DNA of 64,000 nucleotides from Promethearchaeota archaeon (GTDB lineage Archaea > Asgardarchaeota > Lokiarchaeia > Sigyniarchaeales > SOKP01), in the NCBI GenBank assembly GCA_048940765.1, contig JBHLOG010000002.1, positions 20,254 to 84,253 on the forward strand. The letters are read 5' to 3'. The translations under genes and the position numbers were made by a program. The notes beneath the pieces were generated by a model. It did no database searches, was not told the origin of the DNA, and worked only from the letters and a program-made list of their open reading frames with translations. This document shows, piece by piece, positions 46,907-57,150 of the stretch (positions are counted from its first letter, which is position 1; every line of letters begins with the position of its first letter).

Positions 46907-47518
46907 ATGAAAAAATTAAGATTTATTTGTACCAGATGTGGAAATTGTTGTACTGATAAAAATACACTTGTGAATCTTACTTATTTAGATATATTAAGAA
47001 TAAAAAATGGATTGAAGTTGGAATTAAATGAAATTCTTGAAATTGTGGGATTTTATATATTTAATAAAGAATTAAATTCTCAAGATCAGGAAAAAATGAT
47101 TATCACTCCAATAATTACTGAAAAAGGTTTAGCATTTATTGCTCTTTTAAAAAATAGCCTAGGAGGCTGTTACTTTTACGATTCTACAAAAAAGACTTGT
47201 TTAATTTATGATCTAAGACCAATGTTTTGTAGAACATTTCCTTTTTCATTTAAACGAATAGATAATAATAAAAATAAAAAAAATAGCAAGTTTCTTATAT
47301 TTTATACAAAAAAAGGAGAAGAATATTGTCCAGGAATACGTGATAAAGCACCTCTTATTGATGAAAAATACTGGACTGAATTGGGAATTAAAACCTTGGA
47401 ATACTTAAAAATAAATCATAAATTCAATACAGATTGGAATAATCAAGTTAAAAAAAAAAACATTAAGCCCACAGCTAAGGAATATCTACTGAAAATCATC
47501 AAAATTAATGAAGTTTAA
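46907..47518 (+). CDS. YkgJ-family cysteine-cluster (zinc/iron-chelating) protein
   Basis: The CTRCGNCCTD motif plus downstream CYFYD...CLIYDLRPMFCRTFPF pattern. Confidence 0.65.
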   Translation: MKKLRFICTRCGNCCTDKNTLVNLTYLDILRIKNGLKLELNEILEIVGFYIFNKELNSQDQEKMIITPIITEKGLAFIALLKNSLGGCYFYDSTKKTCLIYDLRPMFCRTFPFSFKRIDNNKNKKNSKFLIFYTKKGEEYCPGIRDKAPLIDEKYWTELGIKTLEYLKINHKFNTDWNNQVKKKNIKPTAKEYLLKIIKINEV

Positions 47519-47599
47519 TTTTTGTATTAGTTGAAAATCTCATTTACTTAAACTTATATTAGAATTAAAACAAATTGAAATAATGAAATATAATAATTT

Positions 47600-49195
47600 T
47601 TAAGAAATAGCCGGAGGATATTGAGAATTAGCTAATAAAGCCCAAAATAACATCCTTAATTCTAATTTAAATCCCAGTTTATCTTGACGCCAATTGAATT
47701 CCCTATTAAGGCTTTTTGTATCAAAAAAAGGGATTTTATTAAATATGAAATTTACTAAATTACTACATATTTTAGATTCTTGCTCTTTTAAATTTAGTAA
47801 ATCAATGATTAGTAAGGCTCGTGCTGAATCTGAAATAAGGTCATTAACAGAACCATTTGATATTATTAATTTTTTTATTTCATGAATATAATTTGATTTA
47901 AATTGGTTAAAATTTGCTGCGCTTTCTAGCAGTTTTATTGATGTCAAATGGTTATAAATATCAAAAATTGGCTTAAATTCTTGTAAGTTTAAAATATTTA
48001 AATTATAAATGAGATTTTTAATCGAACCTTTATTTATACTAATTTTACGCATTTTTAACATTAATTTTAAACTTAATAATGCATATAAATTCATTTCTAA
48101 TTTTTCTGGAATAAATTGATCTAAATATGATAGGAGATACCTTTCAATTTCAAGTAGATCTATTATATTTGTTTTAATAAATAAATCTAATTCTGAAAAT
48201 ATTGAAAGACCATAGAAAATATTTTTTGGATCCGATATGTTATCTTTTGAAGAACTAAATACTTTTTCATTAATAAAATTCTTCACTATATCTAAAATCT
48301 CATTGTCAGTAAAAGGAAATTCTAGATCCAGCATTTTAATTATAGAAATAAAATAGAATAAATTCTCTAAGTCGAAATAATCTCTATTTACCACTTTTGA
48401 ATTTATCAAGCTAACTTTATCGATTTTAAAGTTATTAACAATCTCTGGACGTATTGCTTCAAAATTTCCGAGAGAATCAAGAAACGTTCCAGAAGATTCT
48501 TCTATAGTTGCTTCTTGCGCTTTTTGATAGGTTGTTTTATCGATTGATGGTATTAATAAATCTTTTTTAGGCGTCTTGAGGCTTTCTATAATATTTTCTT
48601 TCGCTTCTCTTAATTGCTTTAATATATCTGATTCTTGAATTTTTTTAGGTTTAATAGTTAAGTCTGATAGATTAATAAAATTAGTATAACTGTGTTGATT
48701 AAATAACCTTATTATTTCAGGAGATTTAAAATATTCATTTTTTATATTGTTAAGTTTTAAAGTAAAATTTGGAGGCGTTAAATCAAATAGATTTACATTC
48801 TCTAATTTTTTTATTTCAATATCAAGTAAATAGTTTATTATAATATCAAATAGTATTTTATATACATAATTTTGGAAAAAAAAATCAAAATATGATTTAT
48901 AATCAACGAAAACCATACTTTCTTTATCTAATCTTTCTAAAAAATTGTTTTCAATTTTATTTATGATCTCTATTGAAACACCAATTGTATTTAAACCGGT
49001 TTTAATTGCTTTTAAAATTTTTTTTAATGTAATTTTTATGTTTTTTTCATTCTCATCCTCAATTTTCTTATTCAAATCGACTTTTTTATAATTAATAAGA
49101 TCTGTTAGATAAGAATGACTTTTAAGATAATATTTTAAAATATCATCTTTCAGATTTTCAATTAAAACAGTTAAAATATCTGTAATTTCCTTCAT
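47600..49195 (-). CDS. Hypothetical protein (531 aa)
   Basis: Long ORF, helical-repeat-like, no motif recognised. Confidence 0.55.
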   Translation of the reverse strand: MKEITDILTVLIENLKDDILKYYLKSHSYLTDLINYKKVDLNKKIEDENEKNIKITLKKILKAIKTGLNTIGVSIEIINKIENNFLERLDKESMVFVDYKSYFDFFFQNYVYKILFDIIINYLLDIEIKKLENVNLFDLTPPNFTLKLNNIKNEYFKSPEIIRLFNQHSYTNFINLSDLTIKPKKIQESDILKQLREAKENIIESLKTPKKDLLIPSIDKTTYQKAQEATIEESSGTFLDSLGNFEAIRPEIVNNFKIDKVSLINSKVVNRDYFDLENLFYFISIIKMLDLEFPFTDNEILDIVKNFINEKVFSSSKDNISDPKNIFYGLSIFSELDLFIKTNIIDLLEIERYLLSYLDQFIPEKLEMNLYALLSLKLMLKMRKISINKGSIKNLIYNLNILNLQEFKPIFDIYNHLTSIKLLESAANFNQFKSNYIHEIKKLIISNGSVNDLISDSARALLIIDLLNLKEQESKICSNLVNFIFNKIPFFDTKSLNREFNWRQDKLGFKLELRMLFWALLANSQYPPAIS

Positions 49196-49524
49196 ATCTC
49201 AATAAATAAATAGTATCCTATAATAATATTTGAAAGTTATCTATCAATATTAACATTTATTCTGTTTTATAGACTAATGTATACTATATTTCCTTTATTT
49301 TTAACATTTAATTATGTTATTGCATATTTATTTTTTTTTTTGTTGATAATTTTTATTATTTGAATGATATTAATTTCATTAGATTGTCAAAGGAAAATGC
49401 TAGGCTATGCACAAAGTTCTGAAAATTAGTTGATTCCATTAAGGAGATTTGAAAAAATTTATAAAATAATAATTAACGATAAAAACCTTGAAAACTATTA
49501 AGATGAAAAAGAATGTAGGTTATT

Positions 49525-50271
49525 ATGAAATATTCTAGTTTTAATACTTTTGCAAAGGATTATCATTTAAAGCGTAAAAAACCGTGGCGCCCACTTGAAA
49601 TCTTCTTAAATCATTTGAGAAAGAAAGCTTATTCTTTTAATGGTCTAATTTTAGATTTAGGGTGTGCAAATGGTAGGAACTTTAAAATTCTGGGTGATTC
49701 GCCTAAAAAGTTGGTTGGTATTGATATCTCTCTTGAATTACTTAAAATAGCAAAAAATACTCTAAATGAATCTGAACAGTATTCTAAATCTGAAAGGAAT
49801 AATATTCAACTTATTTTAGGAAATATCACTAGCCTCCCTATTAGAGAAAATACATTTCATACTGTTTTTTTAATTGCTACTATACATCATATAATGAAAA
49901 AATCTGAAAGAAAAAAAACTATTCTTCAGATATATACACTCTTAAGAAAAAATGGAAACTTGATAGCAACTGTTTGGCGAAAATGGCAAAAAAAGCTAAG
50001 GAACTATTTTATTTTTGATTGGATTAGAAGATATTTTACTTTTAATTATAAGGAACAACAAAGTAAAATTGGTTTAGAAGAATTTGGAGATAAATTTGTC
50101 CCTTGGACACTTTCAAAAGGCGAAAAGACATTTAATCGCTTTTATCACTTTTTTTCTAAAAAAGAACTGAAAAAACTCTTTAAGATTTTTAAGATTATTG
50201 AATTTAAAATAACAGGGGGTCCTACTAAAAAAGATAATTTTTTTATTTTCGCTCGTAAATCTGAAATTTAA
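49525..50271 (+). CDS. Class I SAM-dependent methyltransferase (Trm9/ALKBH8-MT-like)
   Basis: ILDLGCANGRN (motif I), VGIDIS, FLIATIHHI...RKKTILQIYTLLRKNGNLIATVW. Confidence 0.7.
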   Translation: MKYSSFNTFAKDYHLKRKKPWRPLEIFLNHLRKKAYSFNGLILDLGCANGRNFKILGDSPKKLVGIDISLELLKIAKNTLNESEQYSKSERNNIQLILGNITSLPIRENTFHTVFLIATIHHIMKKSERKKTILQIYTLLRKNGNLIATVWRKWQKKLRNYFIFDWIRRYFTFNYKEQQSKIGLEEFGDKFVPWTLSKGEKTFNRFYHFFSKKELKKLFKIFKIIEFKITGGPTKKDNFFIFARKSEI

Positions 50272-50759
50272 TGACATAAAATTGAATTATAAGAATTCAG
50301 TATAAATGGTTTATAATTTTCATATAGTTCTCCAATAATAGAAGTATGAAAATTAAAAAGCCTTTCTGTGATATCACAATAAAATATACAATGGATTCCT
50401 TTTTCATGATAAAACCTTTTTCTAATCATCTTATTTCGATGCCCAACCCAGAAAGTTATTTCATGACTCATTGACCAATCTCTATTTTTTTCTGTTACAA
50501 CTAAACCAATTGCGTTATAAACATCTATGCTATTCTGCACTTCCTTATAATATAAAAGGTTCATTCGATCTTTTTTTTCCCAAGATATTTCCATTTTAGA
50601 TTCTGGACCCCAGATCTCATCATGTTCGTTCTTAGAATTTAAAATGATAGAACCTTTGTGTTCGTCTCCTTCATATTCTGCTTCAATATACCAAACTGGC
50701 ATTTTATTGATTGTAATTCCACATTCTGGTTTATTATATACGAAGTAATTATATTCCAT
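50268..50759 (-). CDS. Hypothetical protein (163 aa)
   Basis: ORF only; overlaps the methyltransferase stop by 4 nt (convergent). Confidence 0.45.
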   Translation of the reverse strand: MEYNYFVYNKPECGITINKMPVWYIEAEYEGDEHKGSIILNSKNEHDEIWGPESKMEISWEKKDRMNLLYYKEVQNSIDVYNAIGLVVTEKNRDWSMSHEITFWVGHRNKMIRKRFYHEKGIHCIFYCDITERLFNFHTSIIGELYENYKPFILNSYNSILCH

Positions 50760-50905
50760 ATCCTTCCCTATTATATTCTCTTTGATTCAAGAAACAGATT
50801 TATTACTAACATGAATTTGTTATTTATAAAATTTCTCTAATCATAATTTAGACCTTATAATAATTTTTGAATAATTAAAGAGGTGAAAATAATTAAAATG
50901 GATTT

Positions 50906-51505
50906 TTATTTTAACAATTCCTTTCCTTCTTCAATCCATTTTTTCATTCGGTCTAATGATACTCCTTTAATTAAAGTTGAAAGTTCCTCAGGACTTTCTT
51001 TACATAGATCTTCAACAGTATTAACACCAAGCTCAATAAATTTTTTCGCTGTTGCTGCTCCTAATCCTGGTAATTCAGTTAAGGGAATTCCTTCAGCTTT
51101 AACTGGTATTTTCTCCAACTTAACAGGCTTTACTTTTTCTTTCTTTATAACTTTTGGTTTTGGTTTGGTTGGAGTTACCTTGGGTTTTTCTTTGACAACT
51201 TTTTTTGGTTTTCGTTTTACTCTTTCTTCTATTGGTTTAAATGGTGTTCTCTTCTTTTCTTTTTTTATATAGGGTTTCTTTTTTTTCTTTTCAATTTTCG
51301 GTATTTCTAAAGCCTTTAATTGCTTGATATTTTCAGGATGAGAAGATTTCCTAAAATAATCAATTTTAATGTCCATTCTTTTCAAGATTTCAATTGTTTT
51401 GCCAGCTTCTTCGATTTCCTTTAAAGAAAATCCATTACCTCGTCTTAAATAAGCGTTTTTTGCAGGACTCTTTACTATAGCTATTAAAGCAAGTTTTTTT
51501 TCCAT
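50906..51505 (-). CDS. Ribosomal protein L13e-like domain fused to a Lys-rich linker and a helix-hairpin-helix domain
   Basis: YLRRGNGFSLKEIEEAGKTIEILKRMDIKIDYFRKSSHPENIKQLKAL resembles L13e (R.G.GFSL.E...AG....A...GI.VD.RR). The C-terminus LTELPGLGAATAKKFIELGVNTVEDL is an HhH motif. Confidence 0.5.
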   Translation of the reverse strand: MEKKLALIAIVKSPAKNAYLRRGNGFSLKEIEEAGKTIEILKRMDIKIDYFRKSSHPENIKQLKALEIPKIEKKKKKPYIKKEKKRTPFKPIEERVKRKPKKVVKEKPKVTPTKPKPKVIKKEKVKPVKLEKIPVKAEGIPLTELPGLGAATAKKFIELGVNTVEDLCKESPEELSTLIKGVSLDRMKKWIEEGKELLK

Positions 51506-51626
51506 TTTTTTCCGAATCTATTATATTTTTAATTACTTTTAAGAAGCTATGAAAATTTTTATTTTTTTCTATTTAGATTAATTTTAAAAATAATAAACAT
51601 GATAAAGAATTTCTAAAATTAGATTT

Positions 51627-52262
51627 CTACATTTTAATTATTTCTAATTGTTCTAATTTTTTAAGAACATCATCTATTTCACTGCGTTTTTTATTTAAAA
51701 TCCTTGAAATTTTTAATGAAGAATTTTTCTCTGTACATTGCAAAGCGACCTGAAAATCAAAATCAGTAATCATTCCCATAGTAAGTATTTTATCTAATAC
51801 ATTTTTAGCAACTAATAATTTTGGGAAGACTTCAGCAATCCGACCCCCAATTGTAAGATTTTCTATATCCACACTTAATGTTTGAAATCTGCTTTTATCT
51901 GTTGTTGCTCTAAAATTTTTTAAATCAGACTGATGTTTCTTCCAAAAACGATTAGCTATTTTGTGAATTATATCCTCAATTTTATTAACATCATCATCTG
52001 CATCTGAAATTGAGCAGAAAAGGATTCTTGATAATGGGTGATAATGAATAAAAATAGTTGAATCTTCGGATTGTAAAACTCTATCCATCTCATTGACTCT
52101 CCTTCCTTTAGACATTGCTTGCTGAATAACATCAATTGTCGTATTTACGGCATTAAAAAATCCTGTTAAAATATCATCCTGAACCTTCTTTAATTCTCTA
52201 AATGTTGATTCAAAAAGCGATATACCATTATCCCCGTCGATTAAAAAAACTTTATAAATCAA
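51627..52262 (-). CDS. Roadblock/longin-like domain protein with a C-terminal winged helix
   Basis: MIYKVFLIDGDNGISLFESTF...LTGFFNAVNTTIDVI parallels the cytoplasmic tail of ORF 42921-46850. The C-terminus LKISRILNKKRSEIDDVLKKLEQLEIIK is HTH-like. Confidence 0.5.
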   Translation of the reverse strand: MIYKVFLIDGDNGISLFESTFRELKKVQDDILTGFFNAVNTTIDVIQQAMSKGRRVNEMDRVLQSEDSTIFIHYHPLSRILFCSISDADDDVNKIEDIIHKIANRFWKKHQSDLKNFRATTDKSRFQTLSVDIENLTIGGRIAEVFPKLLVAKNVLDKILTMGMITDFDFQVALQCTEKNSSLKISRILNKKRSEIDDVLKKLEQLEIIKM

Positions 52263-52416
52263 ATTTTAAGAAGTTAAGATATTTTTAATTATATTAAATA
52301 CATAAAAATTCACTCTTTTGAATTTACTTCCACACTTAAAAATCGAAATAATTAAAGTTAAAAATGAAAATTTTATGTCTATTATAAAATTAAATTTAAA
52401 ATTTATAGGATTAAAC

Positions 52417-53694
52417 ATGAAACCTAAGAGATCATCTATTTTTTTGTATTTACTCGTTTTGATTTCAATTAATTCAATGGCTATTACTATGCTAATCCCC
52501 TCTAATACTACTATTTCATATCCCTATTTATCTTCTTACAGTGATGGTGTTTCTAATTATAATATTACACAAAGCGTAAAATATCAAGTTGTAATTAACT
52601 TCTCCTTATCTCTTTCGAAGCCTTCATCTCAAATCTATAATTTTAAGGTAGCTAGATTAAATGATCGCCAATCAAATTCCTTGATTACCCCACATTGTCC
52701 CCCATATCAAGAAAGTGAGCTTTTATATAATTCTATTATAGGATGGGACAGTATTGAAACGGGATCTTTAGATAAATTCAATAATACTTATGATATATTT
52801 AATGCCACTCTTTCTGGTCCTGAAAACATAACATTAAATCAAAAATATAATATTACGCTAAATGAAATTAAATTTTCTGATATTCAAGATGAAGATATAG
52901 GCATTTACAATCCCGGTGATGATATACATACATTATTTAATGTAACTGAAGAATATTATGAATGTGACGATCCAACTTTAATTGCACTCTCAAATAGTAT
53001 TGTAGATCCTGCAGATAATCCCGTAGAAAAAGCTAGAGATATTTTTAATTGGATTGTAAATAATATTGATTATCAAGAGCAATATGAAGAAATTGGAGCC
53101 CTTGAAGCATATAATCGAAGGTATGGTGATTGTTCTGATTTTTCAGACTTAATGATAACACTCTTACGAATTCAAAGTATTCCTGCAAGGAAAGTAACAG
53201 GTTTTTTAATTACCGATAAACCATCTCATATTCCTAAACTAGGAAGTAAATATACTTTTGATATTAATTATAATGGTCTAACTCAAACGGTATCATTTAG
53301 CAATAAAATTTTAGGTCATGCATGGGTTGAATATTATGTACCCAATATAGGCTGGATTGCATGTGATCCAACTTGGGGAAAGGGATACTTTAATAAAATA
53401 GATTTTTTTAGATTTAATTTAAATATTGGAGCTTGGTTTTTCTTACCTGGAGCAACACCTCCCAAAGATTATATTTCTGAGTTTCCTATCAATCCATCTC
53501 CAGTATGTAGTGATCATACCGCTTATAATTGGCAATATTCAATTGAAATAACTGTTTTAGAAACAAATCTTATACCGTCAACTCCTTTTCCTATATTTGT
53601 AGTTATTTTTATAGTAATAGGATTAGCAGTAATTTTAATTGTTGTTATTCTTCTGGTTAGAAGAGGTGGTAAAAAGGAAGTGTTTTCTTATTAA
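52417..53694 (+). CDS. Membrane-anchored transglutaminase-like cysteine protease-fold protein
   Basis: Core triad context YGDCSDFSDLMITLLRIQSIPARKVTGF ... GHAWVEYYVP ... ACDPTWG. N-terminal signal anchor (start ATG 52417 preferred over TTG 52318) and a C-terminal TM. Confidence 0.8.
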   Translation: MKPKRSSIFLYLLVLISINSMAITMLIPSNTTISYPYLSSYSDGVSNYNITQSVKYQVVINFSLSLSKPSSQIYNFKVARLNDRQSNSLITPHCPPYQESELLYNSIIGWDSIETGSLDKFNNTYDIFNATLSGPENITLNQKYNITLNEIKFSDIQDEDIGIYNPGDDIHTLFNVTEEYYECDDPTLIALSNSIVDPADNPVEKARDIFNWIVNNIDYQEQYEEIGALEAYNRRYGDCSDFSDLMITLLRIQSIPARKVTGFLITDKPSHIPKLGSKYTFDINYNGLTQTVSFSNKILGHAWVEYYVPNIGWIACDPTWGKGYFNKIDFFRFNLNIGAWFFLPGATPPKDYISEFPINPSPVCSDHTAYNWQYSIEITVLETNLIPSTPFPIFVVIFIVIGLAVILIVVILLVRRGGKKEVFSY

Positions 53695-53720
53695 TATTAT
53701 TTTAATTTTTTTTCTTTATC

Positions 53721-55184
53721 TTAAATATAAGTATGAATCAAATCTACAAGATTTTTAGAAAAATTAGGTAAATTCTCTTCTATTTTTTCAATTTCTAAAC
53801 TTTTCTCTAAAAATAATAACAAGTATAAATTATATTTTTCAACTGTTATTTTCTTAAAGATAACTTTTTTTGATTCATCAGCTATTCCAGAAGAAACGAT
53901 AAAATCTTGTTCTAATAGTTTATATTCTTTAAAATTTTTATAAAGTGATTGAAAGTGAGGTGCGCTAATTTCAAATACTTTTCCAGAAATTTCATTCTTA
54001 GAGAAACTAGATAATATGATTCCATTTTCATTTAGCAACAAAATAGCTTCGGAATTTGTTTTTTTAGCAAATTTTTTTAATTGATTCCTAAATAATTCTC
54101 GATTAGGACTTAATTGAGAAAGACCAAAAGAATATGCAGAAATAAGGCTCCAATGATCAAAGATACTTGTTTGAAAGATTTTTATAAAAAATCTGTCAGA
54201 ATTCTTTTTAATCTCATCTGCAATTATTTCTAAATTTTTAAAAATTTCTTCATTTCCTTTTAAATCAGGATCAAACTTGTTTAAGCTTACGATAATCGGA
54301 GGAAATTCCTCTAATTCTATTAACGAAGTTAAAATCCTTCTAAGTAAATCAAGGGCATCATTTATCCTTTCTACATCTTGAATATCAATAAAGAAAAATA
54401 ATAAATCTATATTATACAAATATACTTTACTTTGTTCAAGAAATCGTTCTCGATATTGCTTTTGTCCGCCTAAATCCCAAATTGATATCAAAGAATTTTG
54501 TTCTTCAAAAATTTTCTCCTCTGATCTCTCAACTCCTTTAGTCGGTAAAGATTTAATGATTTCAGAATATTTTCTTCTTATTCCATGTAAAAAGCTCGTC
54601 TTACCTGCTTTATCGAGTCCAGTAAGAAGAATTTTAATTTGTCTTCTTGTAGAAAAAGGATCTTTTAATTCTTTAGTGAATTCAAATAATTCTTCTTTTA
54701 AGTTATCAATAATTTTCACTTTCTCATTTAGATCTTTAGAATTTTGGATTTCAATAGCTGTTCTATCAATTATTACTCTCAGATATTTCATATTTTGATA
54801 GAAAAAGACTTTATCATCTTCATCAATTAATACCGTAATAGTAGCAGCTAACGCCTTTCCACGAGCCCCAACATCAGGAATGAGAAAAAAATAAGTTAAT
54901 CCATTTAATTTTAAATCGGGGAAAGGTAATATTCCAAAATAATTAACTCCTTCTGTTCCTGTACCATCTTGATATGTTGCATCTCCCATTAATAAACTAA
55001 TTGTTTTCATAGCAATTAAAAGTCCAGCACTCTCATTTAAATCCTTAGGCCAAAAAACTTTAGGGCTTGGTCCGTTTTCATCAAAAATACTTAATACAAC
55101 GACTTTTATAATATCAGTTTTGAGTTCGTTTAATTCTTTTTCAATTGGGTTATCTTTTTCTGGATCAGATTTTAACTTTGGCAA
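53721..55184 (-). CDS. Three-domain small GTPase: longin/uDENN-like N-domain, Arf/Sar-like G domain, roadblock-like C-domain
   Basis: G1 is LLTGLDKAGKTS, G3 is WDLGGQ, G4 is NKFD. The N-domain is VVVLSIFDENGPSPKVFWP...GILPFPD...LTYFFLI. The C-domain is EAILLLNENGIILSSFS. Confidence 0.8.
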   Translation of the reverse strand: MPKLKSDPEKDNPIEKELNELKTDIIKVVVLSIFDENGPSPKVFWPKDLNESAGLLIAMKTISLLMGDATYQDGTGTEGVNYFGILPFPDLKLNGLTYFFLIPDVGARGKALAATITVLIDEDDKVFFYQNMKYLRVIIDRTAIEIQNSKDLNEKVKIIDNLKEELFEFTKELKDPFSTRRQIKILLTGLDKAGKTSFLHGIRRKYSEIIKSLPTKGVERSEEKIFEEQNSLISIWDLGGQKQYRERFLEQSKVYLYNIDLLFFFIDIQDVERINDALDLLRRILTSLIELEEFPPIIVSLNKFDPDLKGNEEIFKNLEIIADEIKKNSDRFFIKIFQTSIFDHWSLISAYSFGLSQLSPNRELFRNQLKKFAKKTNSEAILLLNENGIILSSFSKNEISGKVFEISAPHFQSLYKNFKEYKLLEQDFIVSSGIADESKKVIFKKITVEKYNLYLLLFLEKSLEIEKIEENLPNFSKNLVDLIHTYI

Positions 55185-55344
55185 ATAATCCCCATTAGTT
55201 TAATTAGGAAGCTTTTAATCTATTCAAATTTGATATGAATTTTAAATTTAAGATAGTATAAAATCTTAATATACTTTAATATTTTCAAAATAATTATTAT
55301 TATTAAATGCTTTTTTTACCAAAAAACTGATTGGTTTAATAAAT

Positions 55345-57150
55345 TTAAGAATAAAACTTTAAACTTGATACACTTGAAACCTTACAAATTTGACTTAAAA
55401 ATTCTTTAAGAGTAATATTATATGCTTTTAATTCATCAAAGGAAACATACTCTATTGCCCCATAATGAATATAACGATGAAATTTTCCTTGGATATCTAT
55501 TCTATTGGTAAGATCAATTTCAATATCGTCACGAAAATGAACAGAATTACTATAAATATAGTTTTTATCATTAAAGAGTGATGTAACTTCTTCAGGATAA
55601 TGTTTTAAGTCTAATTTAGTGAACCGTTGTATCGCATTTACGGAAACATTTTCAGTTATTATAAAATTTCTTTTACTTTTTTCACATAATTTAGAACAAA
55701 ATGTATTTATTTCACTCAAAACATTTTTACTTAATTTCACAGCTTCTGAATGCTCATGAAGTTCATAATCCGTCAAAAATTTTATTGCTTCATTTAATCC
55801 AACTAAACTAAGGGATAATGCTTGATTATCCAACTTAAATAAAGACTTGTCGTTGATTTTTCCACCACAAAATGGTAAATGATTCGTAGCTATCCTTTTT
55901 TTTATTATTTCATACTTTTTAACTAAAATCTGTGAACATAAATTTATTTTCGATTTTAATAATTCCAAAAAATTATCTTCATCTCTGCTAATATATGCAT
56001 ATCGAGGTAAGTTCAAACTGATATTTTGAAGAAGACCAAAATTAAGATTCTTTTTTTCTAAATTCTGCCTAAGATATTTGTTTTTATTTGTACTTGAGCA
56101 TAAATTTATAAAATATATTGATTTTATTTTCTGAATTTCATTCCAGAAATTCAAATATTTATTTTCAATTTCATTCATGAATGTATTATCTAATATTAAC
56201 TGAAGTTTGGGAATTAAAATAGAATCATTATTATATTTTTTCTTATAAATATTTATTAGAGCAATAAATAATTTTAAGCAATCATCTTGATAATCACCAT
56301 AAACTTTTTGATTTTTTATATTCGGAGCTATAGCAGGAACCTCTGAAAATGATTTGAAAATAGAATAGTAGGATGATAATAACGTTTGTTCTATTTTTTT
56401 TCCAATTAGAAGGGGTAATTGATTAATTTCATAAATAAATTTCTGGATCTCTTGGATTATCAAATCTTCAGATATATTTTGTACATACGGGGCTAAAAAT
56501 GTTGTAAGAAAATTAAAACCTTGAGGTCCATAAAACTCACTTTGTATCATCCCTAACCATTTAGAGAGATGATTTAAGGCAGTTATAAGATTCTTAGCAG
56601 GTTTTTGTTTGTAATATGAATCAAAATAATCTATAGGTGGAAATCCATTCTCTAAAATCAGTCGAGGATCCCAAAATTGGCTGAACGGTCTTAAATCAAA
56701 ATAATTTAATCCATTAATATGAATATCTCCAGCTAAATGAGCTTTAGATTCTTCATTGGTAAGAATTCTTAAATGAGCATATTCTTCAGATATTTGATCA
56801 GCTGCCCAATGATGGACTTTTTCGGGATTTATCTGTTCATTTAATTTATTACTCAAACCGCTTTCGAGTATTTCTTCGTAATCCATTAAAGGCATTCCAA
56901 TCCGAGTATATAATTTACGTTCATTTTCAAAATGCTGTTCAGAGAGTATTGAACATACTATTTCTCTTATATGGGGACCAGAAAGAAATTTAATACCAGA
57001 ACTAATTATTCGTCTTACTACTAATTCAGTAATATGTTTTGCATTACTTTCACTCATTCCTGTTTCCTTCAAGATGCTTTCATAAATCTTAGAAGGATCA
57101 AAATCAGCAATATTTCCTTCTGTTCTATATACTTTAGGTAATAAATCCAT
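55345..57150 (-). CDS. ATP-cone + class III ribonucleotide reductase (NrdD)-like protein lacking a recognisable glycyl-radical C-terminus
   Basis: N-terminal ATP-cone (VYRTEGNIADFDPSKIYESILKE...ELVVRRI). NrdD-like AHLAGDIHINGLNYFDLRPF and FYGPQGFNFLTTFLAPYV. No RVCGY-type motif or C-terminal Zn ribbon. Confidence 0.65.
   Translation of the reverse strand: MDLLPKVYRTEGNIADFDPSKIYESILKETGMSESNAKHITELVVRRIISSGIKFLSGPHIREIVCSILSEQHFENERKLYTRIGMPLMDYEEILESGLSNKLNEQINPEKVHHWAADQISEEYAHLRILTNEESKAHLAGDIHINGLNYFDLRPFSQFWDPRLILENGFPPIDYFDSYYKQKPAKNLITALNHLSKWLGMIQSEFYGPQGFNFLTTFLAPYVQNISEDLIIQEIQKFIYEINQLPLLIGKKIEQTLLSSYYSIFKSFSEVPAIAPNIKNQKVYGDYQDDCLKLFIALINIYKKKYNNDSILIPKLQLILDNTFMNEIENKYLNFWNEIQKIKSIYFINLCSSTNKNKYLRQNLEKKNLNFGLLQNISLNLPRYAYISRDEDNFLELLKSKINLCSQILVKKYEIIKKRIATNHLPFCGGKINDKSLFKLDNQALSLSLVGLNEAIKFLTDYELHEHSEAVKLSKNVLSEINTFCSKLCEKSKRNFIITENVSVNAIQRFTKLDLKHYPEEVTSLFNDKNYIYSNSVHFRDDIEIDLTNRIDIQGKFHRYIHYGAIEYVSFDELKAYNITLKEFLSQICKVSSVSSLKFYS

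Noticed and set aside
47450-47460. A11 and T11 homopolymer runs inside coding regions (also 58991-59001), considered as phase-variation switches
   Set aside because: They encode Lys runs in Lys-rich proteins of a very AT-rich genome. There is no evidence of alternative frames, so they are noted only as error-prone positions.
50883-51272. 129-aa plus-strand ORF
   Set aside because: It is antisense to the L13e-like/HhH gene, whose Lys-rich tract keeps the opposite strand open. No start context or motif.
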